A stretch of 64,000 bases of DNA from Nitrospinaceae bacterium (lineage in GTDB: Bacteria; Nitrospinota; Nitrospinia; Nitrospinales; Nitrospinaceae): assembly GCA_965223665.1 (NCBI GenBank), contig OZ245011.1, positions 352,001 through 416,000 on the forward strand. The letters run 5' to 3'. Position numbers and translations under genes: made by a program. The notes beneath the pieces are model-generated. The model was not told the DNA's origin, ran no database searches, and saw only the letters and a program-made list of their open reading frames with translations. Shown one piece after another: positions 10,942 through 21,347 of the stretch. The first letter of the stretch is position 1; each line of letters begins with the position of its first letter.

Positions 10942-11409
10942 TCAGTCTAATCGGACTCGATTTAACTGTCTATATAATTTTGATTTTTTAATTACTGAAG
11001 CGCCTTCTGTTCCAAGGTGATTTCTGAATAAGTCCAGGGTTGTCAGTTTGGGAAAACTTTCCGAAGCAGCGAAGTGCTTTGCTCCTTCTTCACCAATTTT
11101 ATTGAACTTAATAATTAGTTGATCCAATTCTGGAAAATTTGTAGATTCAGCTAAAGATAAAGCCCCTTTTTCAGTGATGTTATTTGATTTTAAATTTAAA
11201 ATTTTTAATTGGGTTAAATAAGGACTTTCCGCGATAGCGGCGACTCCTGTATCACTAATTTCGTTGTCTCCCAATTCCAAGCGGCTTACTTTAGATAAAA
11301 CTTCCATTTTCGATAAAGTGGTGACACCCTCATCTCCTAATTTACGATTCTCTAAATCTAATATACCATCCGAGTTCAGGTTGTTTTGTACTAATTGTTC
11401 GATATCCAT
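10942..11409 (-). CDS. Leucine-rich repeat protein (RI/GALA-like repeats)
   Basis: About five ~28-aa repeats of LxLxxNxI(G/S)xxGxxxLA. Confidence 0.85.
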   Translation of the reverse strand: MDIEQLVQNNLNSDGILDLENRKLGDEGVTTLSKMEVLSKVSRLELGDNEISDTGVAAIAESPYLTQLKILNLKSNNITEKGALSLAESTNFPELDQLIIKFNKIGEEGAKHFAASESFPKLTTLDLFRNHLGTEGASVIKKSKLYRQLNRVRLD

Positions 11410-11530
11410 TTTTATGAATTTTAGAAGATTGAAAAATAATTATGTGACAGTGTATTGAATTTTTGTGGCGTGATCAACATTTCCTTGATAGGTTAATTCC
11501 TTTATTATTTTGACCTCTTAAAGGATTTAA

Positions 11531-14500
11531 ATGGCCGATAAAAAAATTGAGGGTATTTTTTCCTACCATGAACAAACCAAGCACCGTTATCAAGGGTATG
11601 CCAAGGGGCCTGGCCATTTAGATTGGGCTACTCAGCCTAATCCCTTTCGTCGTTTTCAGGAGGCTCCGCTGGTTTATTTACCTCCTATAGTTGAAGATGA
11701 ATCCCCTCCTTATTTCAAATTATTTGAATCTAGCCCAATTCCTTCCCAGGAAATTAATGTTTATCAGATTTCCCGATTTTTAGAATTATCTTTGGCAATA
11801 TCAGCGTGGAAACAAATGGGTGATTCGAAATGGGCCTTGAGGAGTAATCCATCTAGTGGAAACTTACACCCAACAGAAGGTTACTTAATTTTGGATTCGT
11901 TAAAAAATGTCCATAATCAAGCGGGGGTTTATCATTATGCCCCTGAGGAACATGGGTTAGAAAGAAGGACAGAGTTTTCTTCGCAATTGTTTAATGAATT
12001 AATAGAAGAAGTTCCGAAAGATGCCTTTTTAATGGGTCTTACTTCCATTCACTGGAGAGAAGCCTGGAAATATGGAGAGAGGGCTTTTCGTTATTGCCAA
12101 CATGATATTGGTCATGCCCTGGCTGCTTTAAGAATTGCGGCCGCAGTTCTGGGGTGGAATTTGATTTTAATTGAAGCTATAAGTGACATGCATTTGTCCC
12201 AATTGTTAGGCTTGGACCGTAAGGGTGATTTTTTAAATGCAGAATTAGAGCACCCTGATTTACTTGCTATTGTTACGAATTGTAAAACATCTAATGTTGT
12301 AACCAGTGGAATAAATACTGTTGCTCTAAACAAAATTGTCGATCAACCCTGGTTTGGAAAAGCTAATCGTCTTAGCTCTAATAATCGTATTTGGGATGCG
12401 ATTGACTTTGCAGCAGAGCATTCAATAAAAAATGAATCCAAATCTCTTAATTCTAATTTTCAAAGAACTTCTTATTCATTAACAAATTTTTCTTTAGAAT
12501 TGCGTCAAGAGAGAATTTCTTGCAGACAAATTATTCGCCAAAGAAGAAGTGCGGTTTCTTTTGATGGGGTTACTGGATTGACCGATCAGCAATTCTATTC
12601 AATTCTAATTCAAACCATTCACAATATTCCCTGGGATTGCACTACTTGGGAGCCTCGGATCCATCTGGCGTTATTTGTTCATCGAGTAAAGGGGATAAAG
12701 CCAGGCCTGTATTTTTTAGTGAGAAATAATTTAAAACTGGAAAATTTGAAAGAATCCATGAAGTCAGAATTTGTTTGGGAGAATCCCTCTGGTTGTCCAG
12801 ATGATTTAAATCTTTATTTGTTGCAGGAAGGTTCTTTTCAAACAATTGCATCCCGCGTGAGTTGTAATCAAGATATCGCCGGCCAAAGTGCTTTTAGTTT
12901 AGGGATGATTTCGGACTTTTCTTCTCCAATTAAAAGTGAGGGAGCTTGGTACTACAGAAGATTATTCTGGGAATCTGGAATGCTAGGTCAGATGCTTTAC
13001 TTAGCTGCCGAGTTTTCTGGTTTAAGGGGTACAGGGATTGGCTGTTATTTTGATGACCCGGTTCATGAAATTTTGGGCCTTCAAGACAACAGCTTTCAGA
13101 GTCTATATCATTTTACCATTGGAGGCGCAGTAGAAGATAAGCGATTATCTACTTTGCCATCTTATACCTGGTCGTGTGATTTGGTTCGTCCAAGGTTTGT
13201 TTCAAGAAATTCTGGTTGTGAAATAAATCCCAGTCAAAGGATTTTGAAAAGTTTGCCAGAAAAAGCAAAAGTGTCATGGAGGGGAAGGGGGTTATCCAGA
13301 ATTGGATTGGGTACAAGAAACTTTAGTTTGATAAACTCACAACACGAAACTTCTTTAATGTCCTATCTTAAGGGGCCAATGAATGTTGTTGAGGTTTCGC
13401 CGGATTGGACACATGGATCGGATGAGATATTATTGGGTGACTGTATAAATAAAACTTTGGAATCGGAATTAATGGAGGCTGAAGCCCTTTTTATAATTTC
13501 TAGAACAGGACCCGTACGGGGAAATAATTTAAGAATGTTTGAGGAAATGAACCGTCGTAATCAGCCTATTCCAAATATTTTTGATTTAAAGGAAGGTTTA
13601 GGCCATTGCCTCCACCCGGAGTTCCTCAATGACCAAATGTTAAGGTCTATACATCGTATAGGTTGCTCAAGTCTGGATTTATTACTAGTAGATGTGCCTT
13701 ATGCACTAGTAAAAATTCTGGGTAAGGTGGAATTGTTTAAACAATTAAAAATGTCCTCAGAGTTTTTACAAATGCAGTGTCAGAAAGGGAGATTGAAGGG
13801 GTTCGGAGTTTCTTTAGGTGATTTATTTCCAGAAAATGAAAACGCACCCTGGTTTACCCCTAAAGAAATTTTTCAAGTGTTTAGGGAGTTCCAAGGATTT
13901 CAGGCTGTAGAATTAGTAGGAAACTTTATAGAAAGCAGACCCTTTAAGGAATTCAATGGGAACAAATCTTTTATCCAAGAAATCAAAGAGAATGGATTGC
14001 TAACATTAGTTGGTACACCACTAAGAGCCCATTATGAAGGGCGAGAAATTTTGTTGATTGATTATCCAAATATCGAGGAAATAGATTCTGAAGCTAAATG
14101 GGATTGGGTACTGGGTGAGCTAGAATCCACAACAAACCAAATTCATTTATCTTCAATGGCGGATGGCAGAACATTAAAAGAGGTATTACAGGCCTCGGGG
14201 ATATCTTCACCGTTTTATTTTCGTCGGGCGGTTGAAACAGCTCAAAAATTTCAACCTCAGAATTATGATCAAGTAAATCAAGTGGAACAAAATATAAATA
14301 ACCTCTATTTACGTGCACGTGGGTTGGGTGAACAAGTTGTGCAAGCGCGGTTATGGGATCCCGCGCATTTTGATGAAAAGATGAATGAGGCGCATGAATT
14401 GTTAGACTGGGTAATACAATGTATTAAAATTCGTGGAAGCCAGGGAGAATCGAGCTTTTATGATGAAATTCGAGATAAGTATTTCCCAAACCTTAGTAAC

Positions 14501-14623
14501 GACATTTCTTTGCAGACCTTGGGAATATTGTGGTTATTTGATCATGGTGTGGATATTGTTCTTAATGGTATGAGGCGACAAAGTTATATCAACGAAGCTA
14601 AGGCAATATTAGAAGGATTGTAA
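11531..14623 (+). CDS. SagB/ThcOx-family tandem nitroreductase fused to a degenerate aldo/keto-reductase domain
   Basis: N-terminal ~545 aa: YHEQTKH, LRSNPSSGNLHP, WREAWKYGERAFRYC, RQRRSA, GTGIGCYFDD. C-terminal part: SRIGLGT, HCLHPEFLNDQ..RS..R.G...LDL, VLNGMRR (AKR-like). Confidence 0.8.
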   Translation: MADKKIEGIFSYHEQTKHRYQGYAKGPGHLDWATQPNPFRRFQEAPLVYLPPIVEDESPPYFKLFESSPIPSQEINVYQISRFLELSLAISAWKQMGDSKWALRSNPSSGNLHPTEGYLILDSLKNVHNQAGVYHYAPEEHGLERRTEFSSQLFNELIEEVPKDAFLMGLTSIHWREAWKYGERAFRYCQHDIGHALAALRIAAAVLGWNLILIEAISDMHLSQLLGLDRKGDFLNAELEHPDLLAIVTNCKTSNVVTSGINTVALNKIVDQPWFGKANRLSSNNRIWDAIDFAAEHSIKNESKSLNSNFQRTSYSLTNFSLELRQERISCRQIIRQRRSAVSFDGVTGLTDQQFYSILIQTIHNIPWDCTTWEPRIHLALFVHRVKGIKPGLYFLVRNNLKLENLKESMKSEFVWENPSGCPDDLNLYLLQEGSFQTIASRVSCNQDIAGQSAFSLGMISDFSSPIKSEGAWYYRRLFWESGMLGQMLYLAAEFSGLRGTGIGCYFDDPVHEILGLQDNSFQSLYHFTIGGAVEDKRLSTLPSYTWSCDLVRPRFVSRNSGCEINPSQRILKSLPEKAKVSWRGRGLSRIGLGTRNFSLINSQHETSLMSYLKGPMNVVEVSPDWTHGSDEILLGDCINKTLESELMEAEALFIISRTGPVRGNNLRMFEEMNRRNQPIPNIFDLKEGLGHCLHPEFLNDQMLRSIHRIGCSSLDLLLVDVPYALVKILGKVELFKQLKMSSEFLQMQCQKGRLKGFGVSLGDLFPENENAPWFTPKEIFQVFREFQGFQAVELVGNFIESRPFKEFNGNKSFIQEIKENGLLTLVGTPLRAHYEGREILLIDYPNIEEIDSEAKWDWVLGELESTTNQIHLSSMADGRTLKEVLQASGISSPFYFRRAVETAQKFQPQNYDQVNQVEQNINNLYLRARGLGEQVVQARLWDPAHFDEKMNEAHELLDWVIQCIKIRGSQGESSFYDEIRDKYFPNLSNDISLQTLGILWLFDHGVDIVLNGMRRQSYINEAKAILEGL

Positions 14624-14762
14624 AAAAGGCTTTATGTCAATGTTTTCAATTAGCTGATGCCACTTTTTCTGCCCTTATAAATAGTAGAAAAGGGTTTGAT
14701 TTGGTGTTCCCAAAAATGATAAATTGAGGGAATAAGTTAACTCACTTTTGGGAGGTTACACT

Positions 14763-15125
14763 ATGAAAAAGTTCTTTTCTATTTTTACAACTCTTATCAT
14801 ATTATCATTGCCTTTATTTGCAATAGCCAGTGAAGGACCTATGAAAACTCCAAGTGGCGCTAATGCTGAAGCCGCGAAACATAATGACGAAGGAATAGAT
14901 CATTGGAACCAGGGCCATTTTGATGTAGCTTTAAAGCATTTCCAAGCTGCTTCCAAAATTGATCCAAGCATTGGAGAGATTCATTTTAATGAAGCGATTT
15001 CTTTAGATAAATTGGGTAAGCATGGAGAAGCTACCATGCATTTTAAAGCGGCAAAAGGCAAAGCTAATGGGAATAAAGCAATACTTAATTCAAATATCTT
15101 AAATGCTCATATTGGTGGTCATTAA
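14763..15125 (+). CDS. Small secreted TPR protein
   Basis: GGAGG RBS before ATG 14763, signal peptide (MKKFF...AIA), two TPR motifs. Confidence 0.75.
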   Translation: MKKFFSIFTTLIILSLPLFAIASEGPMKTPSGANAEAAKHNDEGIDHWNQGHFDVALKHFQAASKIDPSIGEIHFNEAISLDKLGKHGEATMHFKAAKGKANGNKAILNSNILNAHIGGH

Positions 15126-15218
15126 TTAAACTCTGATTTTGAATTCAGCATAGATTATTGAAATTAATGAAGTAATTAAATTATTTGTTGGAGAACCTCA
15201 AATTTTTGCTAAGGTTTG

Positions 15219-15227
15219 TGCTATACT
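15219..15227 (+). promoter_or_regulatory. Putative extended -10 promoter of tatA
   Basis: TGcTATACT ~45 nt upstream of the tatA start. AAGGAG RBS at 15259-15264. Confidence 0.4.
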
Positions 15228-15273
15228 CCACGAATAATTTGACTTTATTTCATTATATAAGGAGTTTTTTGCC

Positions 15274-15807
15274 ATGATGGGAATTGGTTTCCCGGAATTG
15301 ATGGTTATATTAATCATCATTATGATCATTTTTGGTGCTGGTAAATTGCCTCAAATTGGCTCTGCTTTTGGACAAAGTATTAAAAACTTTAAATCCTCCA
15401 TGAAAGAAGCTGCGGAAGAAGAAGCAGCGGAAAGTGAAGCTTCGGAAGATTCAGCTGGAGAATCTCCCGTTGCTCAAGAGGGACAAGAAGGAGGAGAGAT
15501 TCCAAATAATCCAACAGAGACAGTTGCTGCCAATAAGGAAAGTACTGTAAAGTCTCAGGTTCAACCATCTTCTCAGCAGACGACCGCAACCCAGGGTACC
15601 AAGCCCAAAGATAAAAAGAAGGAAGAAAAGTCTGAAGAAGAGAAAATGATTGAAGATGCGATTAAAGAATTAAAAGAAAAACGTATTGGTACCATTAGAA
15701 CGCCGCATGACGGATTGGTTCAACAAAACGATGTTTTTACTGATTCATTAAAGCGCAATCCTTGGGGCAAAGGACGTGATCGTGGTGTTCAAAGGGACGT
15801 TTTATAA
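15274..15807 (+). CDS. tatA: Twin-arginine translocase TatA/E subunit with long C-terminal tail
   Basis: MMGIGFPELMVILIIIMIIFGAGKLPQIGSAFGQSIKNFK signature. Confidence 0.9.
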   Translation: MMGIGFPELMVILIIIMIIFGAGKLPQIGSAFGQSIKNFKSSMKEAAEEEAAESEASEDSAGESPVAQEGQEGGEIPNNPTETVAANKESTVKSQVQPSSQQTTATQGTKPKDKKKEEKSEEEKMIEDAIKELKEKRIGTIRTPHDGLVQQNDVFTDSLKRNPWGKGRDRGVQRDVL

Positions 15808-15822
15808 AGAGTAATCATGATT

Positions 15823-16830
15823 TTAAGGTTCTTCATGGGAGGAAGCTCTCCCCCCTGAAGGCCTTAAAGCCATTTCCCATCCTAAAAATAATCCAATTCC
15901 AATCCAAACCAATTCTCGCACTCTCCTTACTAAGGAAACTGTTAGACCAAAATCAATTGACATTCCGAATGACTTAAAAATCCATACCAATCCTCCCTCC
16001 TGAGCCCCTAAGCTTAAAGGTATGAAAAAACTGCAAACTCTAATAAGTTGCGTTAAAGCTTCAATGAGCCAAAGTTTTTGAAGAGTCATTTCCATTCCCA
16101 AAAACCTGGTGGTTATGTAAAGCTCTAAGATACCTGTAATCCAACCTAAGAACCCAAAACCAATTGAAGCCCAAAACTCCTTAGAGTGCTTTTTATAGTA
16201 ATTAATCATCATTTGGTCTAATGCTATGAATTGAGAGAGAAAACCTTCTTCAGAATTTACCTTAAATAATTTTGATAAAAAATTAGAAAACTTACTTAAT
16301 CCTCCTGTAATTTGAAATATCAAAAATAAAAAAATTAAAGTAGAAAAAATAATAAGAGCAGTAAGACTTATTTGTATAAATTGACTGGAAATAGAAGATG
16401 AATGAAAGAGAAGGTAAACCCCTGGAAGAAAAAAAAAGATTAAAGAAATCAAAAGAGTAGTGCGGCCGACTACTTGGGAAGCCAATCCCTGTTTAAATCC
16501 CAAACTATGATGATCTTTTAACAATTGAGCTTTTACAGGCTCGCCGCCTAAGGTTCCTAAAGGTGTAAGAGCATTAAAAGATTCTCCTATGGTGCGTATT
16601 TTAAATAAACTAAAAACAGAAAAGTTTGTTGCTTCTTGAGGTTTAAAAGCGTATTTCCACGATAAAGTGTCCCACCATATAACTATCCCATAAGTGAGGA
16701 TAATCCAAACAAAGCCACTGCCAAATTTCTTCATTAATTCGAGCACAGAAGAAATATCTACTTTTTGGAGAACCCATGCAAATAATAGGACACCAAAAAT
16801 AATAAAGATAAACTTGAAACTTTTTGACAT
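15823..16830 (-). CDS. Lysylphosphatidylglycerol synthase TM-domain (UPF0104, flippase-like) membrane protein
   Basis: Multi-TM protein with NALTPLGTLGGEPVK and IPLSLGAQEGG motifs. Confidence 0.75.
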   Translation of the reverse strand: MSKSFKFIFIIFGVLLFAWVLQKVDISSVLELMKKFGSGFVWIILTYGIVIWWDTLSWKYAFKPQEATNFSVFSLFKIRTIGESFNALTPLGTLGGEPVKAQLLKDHHSLGFKQGLASQVVGRTTLLISLIFFFLPGVYLLFHSSSISSQFIQISLTALIIFSTLIFLFLIFQITGGLSKFSNFLSKLFKVNSEEGFLSQFIALDQMMINYYKKHSKEFWASIGFGFLGWITGILELYITTRFLGMEMTLQKLWLIEALTQLIRVCSFFIPLSLGAQEGGLVWIFKSFGMSIDFGLTVSLVRRVRELVWIGIGLFLGWEMALRPSGGRASSHEEP

Positions 16831-16949
16831 AGATTAGGTATGGAATAATCGCTAAAAATATTATTGCAATTAAGTGCTTTATTTGGAGGCGGCTAATAAA
16901 AAAATATTATAAGGGGTATTTAATGGGGAGCAAAAAAAATCTAATTTAT

Positions 16950-18140
16950 TTATCGGTCACACTCTCCACCGATCATATTGATCATATCAAAGGTAGGGAT
17001 GATATCGGCCAGCATTTGGCCTTTAACAATTTCTTCGACGCCGGCGGTCATAGTAAAGCAAGGAGGACGCACTCGGCATTTAAATGGTCGTCCACTTCCA
17101 TCACTGACTATATAAAAACCTAATTCACCATTGGCTGCCTCGGTTGCCATATAAACTTCACCCACAGGAGGTTTAAGGCCTTCAATTGTCATTTTAAAAT
17201 GTGCGATCATTTCTTCCATCTTAGAATAGACATCTTGCTTAGAAGGTTGACGCATATATGGGTTATCTACATTGATCGGACCATCGGGTATATCTTTCAT
17301 AGCTTGCTTAATAATTCGAAAGCTTTGCTTGATTTCTTCCATACGTACTAAGTACCTATCGAAATTATCTCCAACCGTTCCAATGGGAATATCAAAGTCA
17401 ATTTTATCGTAAACTAAATAGGGTTCAGCTTTTCGAATATCATAATCGACACCACAAGCACGTAAGCAGGGCCCTGTATAACCAAATGAAATTGCTGATT
17501 CTTTAGAAAGAATCCCTGTATCCCGCATACGATCGAGAAAAATTCTATTTTTAGTCAACAGTTTATCTACGTCTTCAAATAAAGAATCTAATTTGGGATA
17601 TACTGCTTTTAGATCATCGTCGAAGTCTGGAGGCAAATCACACATTAGACCCCCGATTCGGACATAGTTTGAAGTTAATCGCGCACCACATACTTTTTCA
17701 AGTAAATCCCAAATGATTTCCCGTGTTTCAACAAAATAAATAAAAGCAGTCAAAGCCCCTAATTCCAAAGCGGCTGCGGCAATATTCGTATAGTGGTCTG
17801 CTATTCTTGAAAGTTCGTTGGTTACTACCCTGATATATTGGCATCGTTCTGTAGCTTCAATTCCCAATAATTTTTCGACTGCAAGTGCATAGCCAATATT
17901 ATTCATAATTGCTGAACAATAATTCAATCTATCTGTATATGGGAACACATTAGTCCATGTAACGCTTTCACACATTTTTTCAAAACCACGGTGCAGATAA
18001 CCAACATCAATAACACAATCAACAACAGTTTCTCCATCCAGTGTTAATAGAAACTTGACCGTACCATGGGTAGCGGGGTGTGAAGGCCCCATATTCAAAA
18101 CTAAATGCTCAGTATGTAAACTTTCTTTTAAATCAGACAT
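16950..18140 (-). CDS. nuoD: NADH-quinone oxidoreductase subunit D
   Basis: NMGPSHPATHG, GYLHRGFEK, YTDRLNY, GECDR C-terminus. No Ni-binding CxxC pairs. Confidence 0.92.
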   Translation of the reverse strand: MSDLKESLHTEHLVLNMGPSHPATHGTVKFLLTLDGETVVDCVIDVGYLHRGFEKMCESVTWTNVFPYTDRLNYCSAIMNNIGYALAVEKLLGIEATERCQYIRVVTNELSRIADHYTNIAAAALELGALTAFIYFVETREIIWDLLEKVCGARLTSNYVRIGGLMCDLPPDFDDDLKAVYPKLDSLFEDVDKLLTKNRIFLDRMRDTGILSKESAISFGYTGPCLRACGVDYDIRKAEPYLVYDKIDFDIPIGTVGDNFDRYLVRMEEIKQSFRIIKQAMKDIPDGPINVDNPYMRQPSKQDVYSKMEEMIAHFKMTIEGLKPPVGEVYMATEAANGELGFYIVSDGSGRPFKCRVRPPCFTMTAGVEEIVKGQMLADIIPTFDMINMIGGECDR

Positions 18141-18175
18141 AAGATATTGTTAGGAAACTTTCCACTTCTATAATT

Positions 18176-20806
18176 TTAATTGGCTTTTGAAATTTTTACT
18201 GATACTAATCCTTCTTCCCCGTTTCTTAACATGTTAATAGGAATATCGGGCCAGTTTTTAGGAATATAAACAATTCCTTTTGGAGATCTACCATTGACTT
18301 CTACCGGTAAATCTACAGATAAGGATTGTGATTCCACACGAATTTTATCGCCAGATTGAATTCCCAATTCTTTGGCATCAGCTGAATTAATTTCTGCAAT
18401 ACAATCAGGGCCAACATCCACGAGAGCTTTTGCATAGTGTGTGTAATTACCAATATGAAACATGTGATTATTAGCAATTAACTTCATTGGAAATCCATCC
18501 TTATCGGATTGGGAGTCGCCTTCAGTTACGATAGAAAACCCTGGTTTGTCACCAGATTTTGTAGGAGTCCATTGTTTATACCGGTTACCAGGGAACAGTC
18601 CCCGGTAGGAAGGGGTAACCTTTTCAATTTCTTCATGTAAATCAGAAAGAAACGTATAATCTAAGGTTTTCCCACATTTGTCAGCTAATTCTATGAAAAT
18701 ATCAAAATCTGGACGGGATTGACCTTGAGGTAAAACGGCAGGTGCCACTTTCTGAACATGCCGTGTCATATTTGTGAAAGTTCCTTCTTTTTCCGCATAA
18801 GTACTTGTGGGTAAAATTATGTCGGCTAATTTTGCTGTTTCTGTCATATAAACATCCTGAACCACCAGGAATGGGACCGTTCGCAAGGCCTCTTTTGCCA
18901 ATGACCCCTTATAGTAGGAGTGACAAGGATCCTCTCCGGCAATGTAGAGCATTTTTACCCAACCTTTGACACAGTTATTCCAAAGGTCCTCCACTAAGTT
19001 ATCTTGTTCAAGTTTTAATTCCTTGACTCCCCATGCTTCGCCCAAGTTTTTGAGTGCGTCAGTATCATTAAGGGATTGGTAACCTGGCAAATAAGCAGAT
19101 GTCATTCCCATATCATTAACGCCCTGAGAATTACAATGTTCTCTTGGAGGATAGGCGCTAACGCTACCTTCACCACCAATATGAACCAATACACACAAAT
19201 TCAAAATGGCAGCTAATATGTTTTTGCCCTGGCCGGTATCTAATATATCGTTTCCTAAAAGAATGAACCGATCTGCTTTTTTAGCGAATTTTTCAGCAGC
19301 TTCTGTTAACAAAGTGTCGCTAATTCCAGTCGCTTTTTCTGCATAATCGGCAGTGTACTTTGTTAGCGAATTGGATAATTCATTAAAATTAGAAATAGCC
19401 GATTTTACTTTTTCTAAATCTACAAGGTTTTTTTCAATAATAATCTGGCATATTCGGTTTGCAATTACTAGATCTGATCCAGGTGAATAAGTGAGGCGCG
19501 TTTCTGATCTGGACTCATGTTTAAATTCAACTTTTCTCGGATTTGCAATTAGAATATCTGTATTGAGTCTTATTGCCGCTTTACGAATTGCATTTCCTGC
19601 TACTGGGTATTCTGAAGGAATGTCGGTATTAAACAAAAGGACTACATCCGCTTTTTCCAATTCAGGAATAGGTTTGCTGATTATTCCATTATCAAAACAA
19701 CCAACCATGAATTCATTAAGATAAGGGGCTCTTAAATTTGCCAGATTAGTTACCTGATTGGAGCCTAAGATTCCGCGATAAAGTTTTTGTAATAGATAGT
19801 TTTCTTCATTGGTTAGTTTTTCTCCTCCAATTGCTGCAATAGTATGCGGTCCACTTCGATTGACTGTTGTTTTGAATCGGTCCGCGATGGTATCTAAGGC
19901 TTCTTCCCAAGAAATTTCTTTAAAGGTTCCACCCACGTTCATTAATGGGGTTTGAATCCTCTTTTCATTTTGAACCATTCCATGGCCGAACCGACCTTTA
20001 GCACAGAGATTACCTTCGTTGATTCCAACATCAAAATTCTCATCGGCTTCAATTCGGATTAAATTTCCTTTTTTTGTTTGAAGGCGGATTGTACAACCCC
20101 AGGAACAAAAGTTACAGGTAGAATGCGTATTATCAAACATTGCAGCCAATCCTCTTGCCTCTGAGGATAGGTCCATTAAAGCACCGGTTGGGCAAACGGT
20201 AATACACTGGCCACAAAATTCACAATCAAGCGGCTCATCATTTGCAGTTCCAATTGTTACTTTATACCCGCGCTTATGGAAGTCCAGCGCCTGGACTCCT
20301 TGAACTTCGTCACAAACCCGAACGCACATCCCGCACATAATGCATCGGTTTAAATAAAATTCGATAATGGGATTTGTTTTAATACTTGGTTCGTTTCGAC
20401 GTTTGATTTCAAACCGGCCATTATAAAGCTTTAGCCAATCTGTATTGTCTTGAAGAGGACAAACTCCGGATTTGTCGCAAATGGGGCAATCTAAAGGATG
20501 TTCAACCAAAAGCATTTCAAGACAAGCCTGATTATACCGGTTGGTTTCCTCCGTATCACTTTTGATTTCCATTCCCTCTGAGACGGGATGAGTGCAGGAA
20601 TAGACCAAATCTTTTTTGCCATCCACCTGCACTTCCACCATACAGGTTCTGCAGGCAGCAAATGGTTTCAATTGTCGGTTAGAGCAAAGGTTTGTGATGT
20701 AAATTCCTTCACGTTTAGCCGCATCTAAAATTACTGTTCCCTCAGGGGCGGAATATGGTTTCCCATTGATTGAGAAATTGACGACCTTTTGTTCTTTAAC
20801 GCTCAT
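18176..20806 (-). CDS. nuoG: NuoG / FdhA-like Fe-S molybdopterin-oxidoreductase-family subunit
   Basis: [2Fe-2S] Cys set, HPLDCPICDKSGVC, CIMCGMCVRVC, CEFCGQCITVCP, CNFCSWGC...LCAKG. C-terminal Mo-bisPGD-fold domains (ADIILP, EKEGTFTN). Confidence 0.8.
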   Translation of the reverse strand: MSVKEQKVVNFSINGKPYSAPEGTVILDAAKREGIYITNLCSNRQLKPFAACRTCMVEVQVDGKKDLVYSCTHPVSEGMEIKSDTEETNRYNQACLEMLLVEHPLDCPICDKSGVCPLQDNTDWLKLYNGRFEIKRRNEPSIKTNPIIEFYLNRCIMCGMCVRVCDEVQGVQALDFHKRGYKVTIGTANDEPLDCEFCGQCITVCPTGALMDLSSEARGLAAMFDNTHSTCNFCSWGCTIRLQTKKGNLIRIEADENFDVGINEGNLCAKGRFGHGMVQNEKRIQTPLMNVGGTFKEISWEEALDTIADRFKTTVNRSGPHTIAAIGGEKLTNEENYLLQKLYRGILGSNQVTNLANLRAPYLNEFMVGCFDNGIISKPIPELEKADVVLLFNTDIPSEYPVAGNAIRKAAIRLNTDILIANPRKVEFKHESRSETRLTYSPGSDLVIANRICQIIIEKNLVDLEKVKSAISNFNELSNSLTKYTADYAEKATGISDTLLTEAAEKFAKKADRFILLGNDILDTGQGKNILAAILNLCVLVHIGGEGSVSAYPPREHCNSQGVNDMGMTSAYLPGYQSLNDTDALKNLGEAWGVKELKLEQDNLVEDLWNNCVKGWVKMLYIAGEDPCHSYYKGSLAKEALRTVPFLVVQDVYMTETAKLADIILPTSTYAEKEGTFTNMTRHVQKVAPAVLPQGQSRPDFDIFIELADKCGKTLDYTFLSDLHEEIEKVTPSYRGLFPGNRYKQWTPTKSGDKPGFSIVTEGDSQSDKDGFPMKLIANNHMFHIGNYTHYAKALVDVGPDCIAEINSADAKELGIQSGDKIRVESQSLSVDLPVEVNGRSPKGIVYIPKNWPDIPINMLRNGEEGLVSVKISKAN

Positions 20807-20825
20807 TCGATCTCAACTCCAATTC

Positions 20826-21347
20826 TTAATCGTCAACCGAGTACTGATCACAAATATCATAGGTTTTTTCAGGGTCAATGCTACCATGAGTGTCATCGCC
20901 AATGATAGCCATTGGTGCAGCCCCACAGTTTCCTAAACAAGAAGCAAACTCTAAGGTAAATAACTTGCTTGGATCAGTTTCTCCCTGTCCCATATTGTAT
21001 TTTTCTTTGAGCTTTTCAGCGATTATAGGAGCCCCTTTTACAAAACATGCTGTTCCATAACACAATTTATATATGTATTTCCCAGGTTCAGTTATACGAA
21101 ATTGTTTATAAAAAGAAATCACTCCATAAATTTCTGCACGGGTTAAATTAAGCTCATCCATGATGACTTGAATGGTTTCCTCAGGTAGCCACCGGAATTG
21201 TTCCTGTACTTTTCCCAAAATTGGAATCAAAAATTGGCGGGAGCGGCTGGGAAATTGATCTAAAACCTTGTAAACCACTTCCAGGTCTATTGATTCATCT
21301 TTTATTTCAGGGGAAGGTTCGGTATTTTCTGAAGTAGTAGAGTTCAT
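20826..21347 (-). CDS. nuoE: NADH-quinone oxidoreductase subunit E ([2Fe-2S])
   Basis: GVISFY, CYGTAC and CLGNCGAAP motifs. Confidence 0.88.
   Translation of the reverse strand: MNSTTSENTEPSPEIKDESIDLEVVYKVLDQFPSRSRQFLIPILGKVQEQFRWLPEETIQVIMDELNLTRAEIYGVISFYKQFRITEPGKYIYKLCYGTACFVKGAPIIAEKLKEKYNMGQGETDPSKLFTLEFASCLGNCGAAPMAIIGDDTHGSIDPEKTYDICDQYSVDD

Noticed and set aside
11452-11480. CRP/FNR-like site upstream of the nitroreductase
   Set aside because: Half-sites are imperfect and the spacing is wrong.
11531-13165. RiPP (azole/TOMM) biosynthetic cluster suggested by the SagB-type domain
   Set aside because: No YcaO, E1-like protein or Cys/Ser/Thr-rich precursor peptide nearby.
16950-18140. 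[NiFe]-hydrogenase large subunit
   Set aside because: Lacks both Ni-binding CxxC motifs; the motifs are those of NuoD.
18176-20806. Formate dehydrogenase alpha subunit or selenoprotein
   Set aside because: No Cys/Sec-His at the Mo-ligand position and no in-frame TGA.
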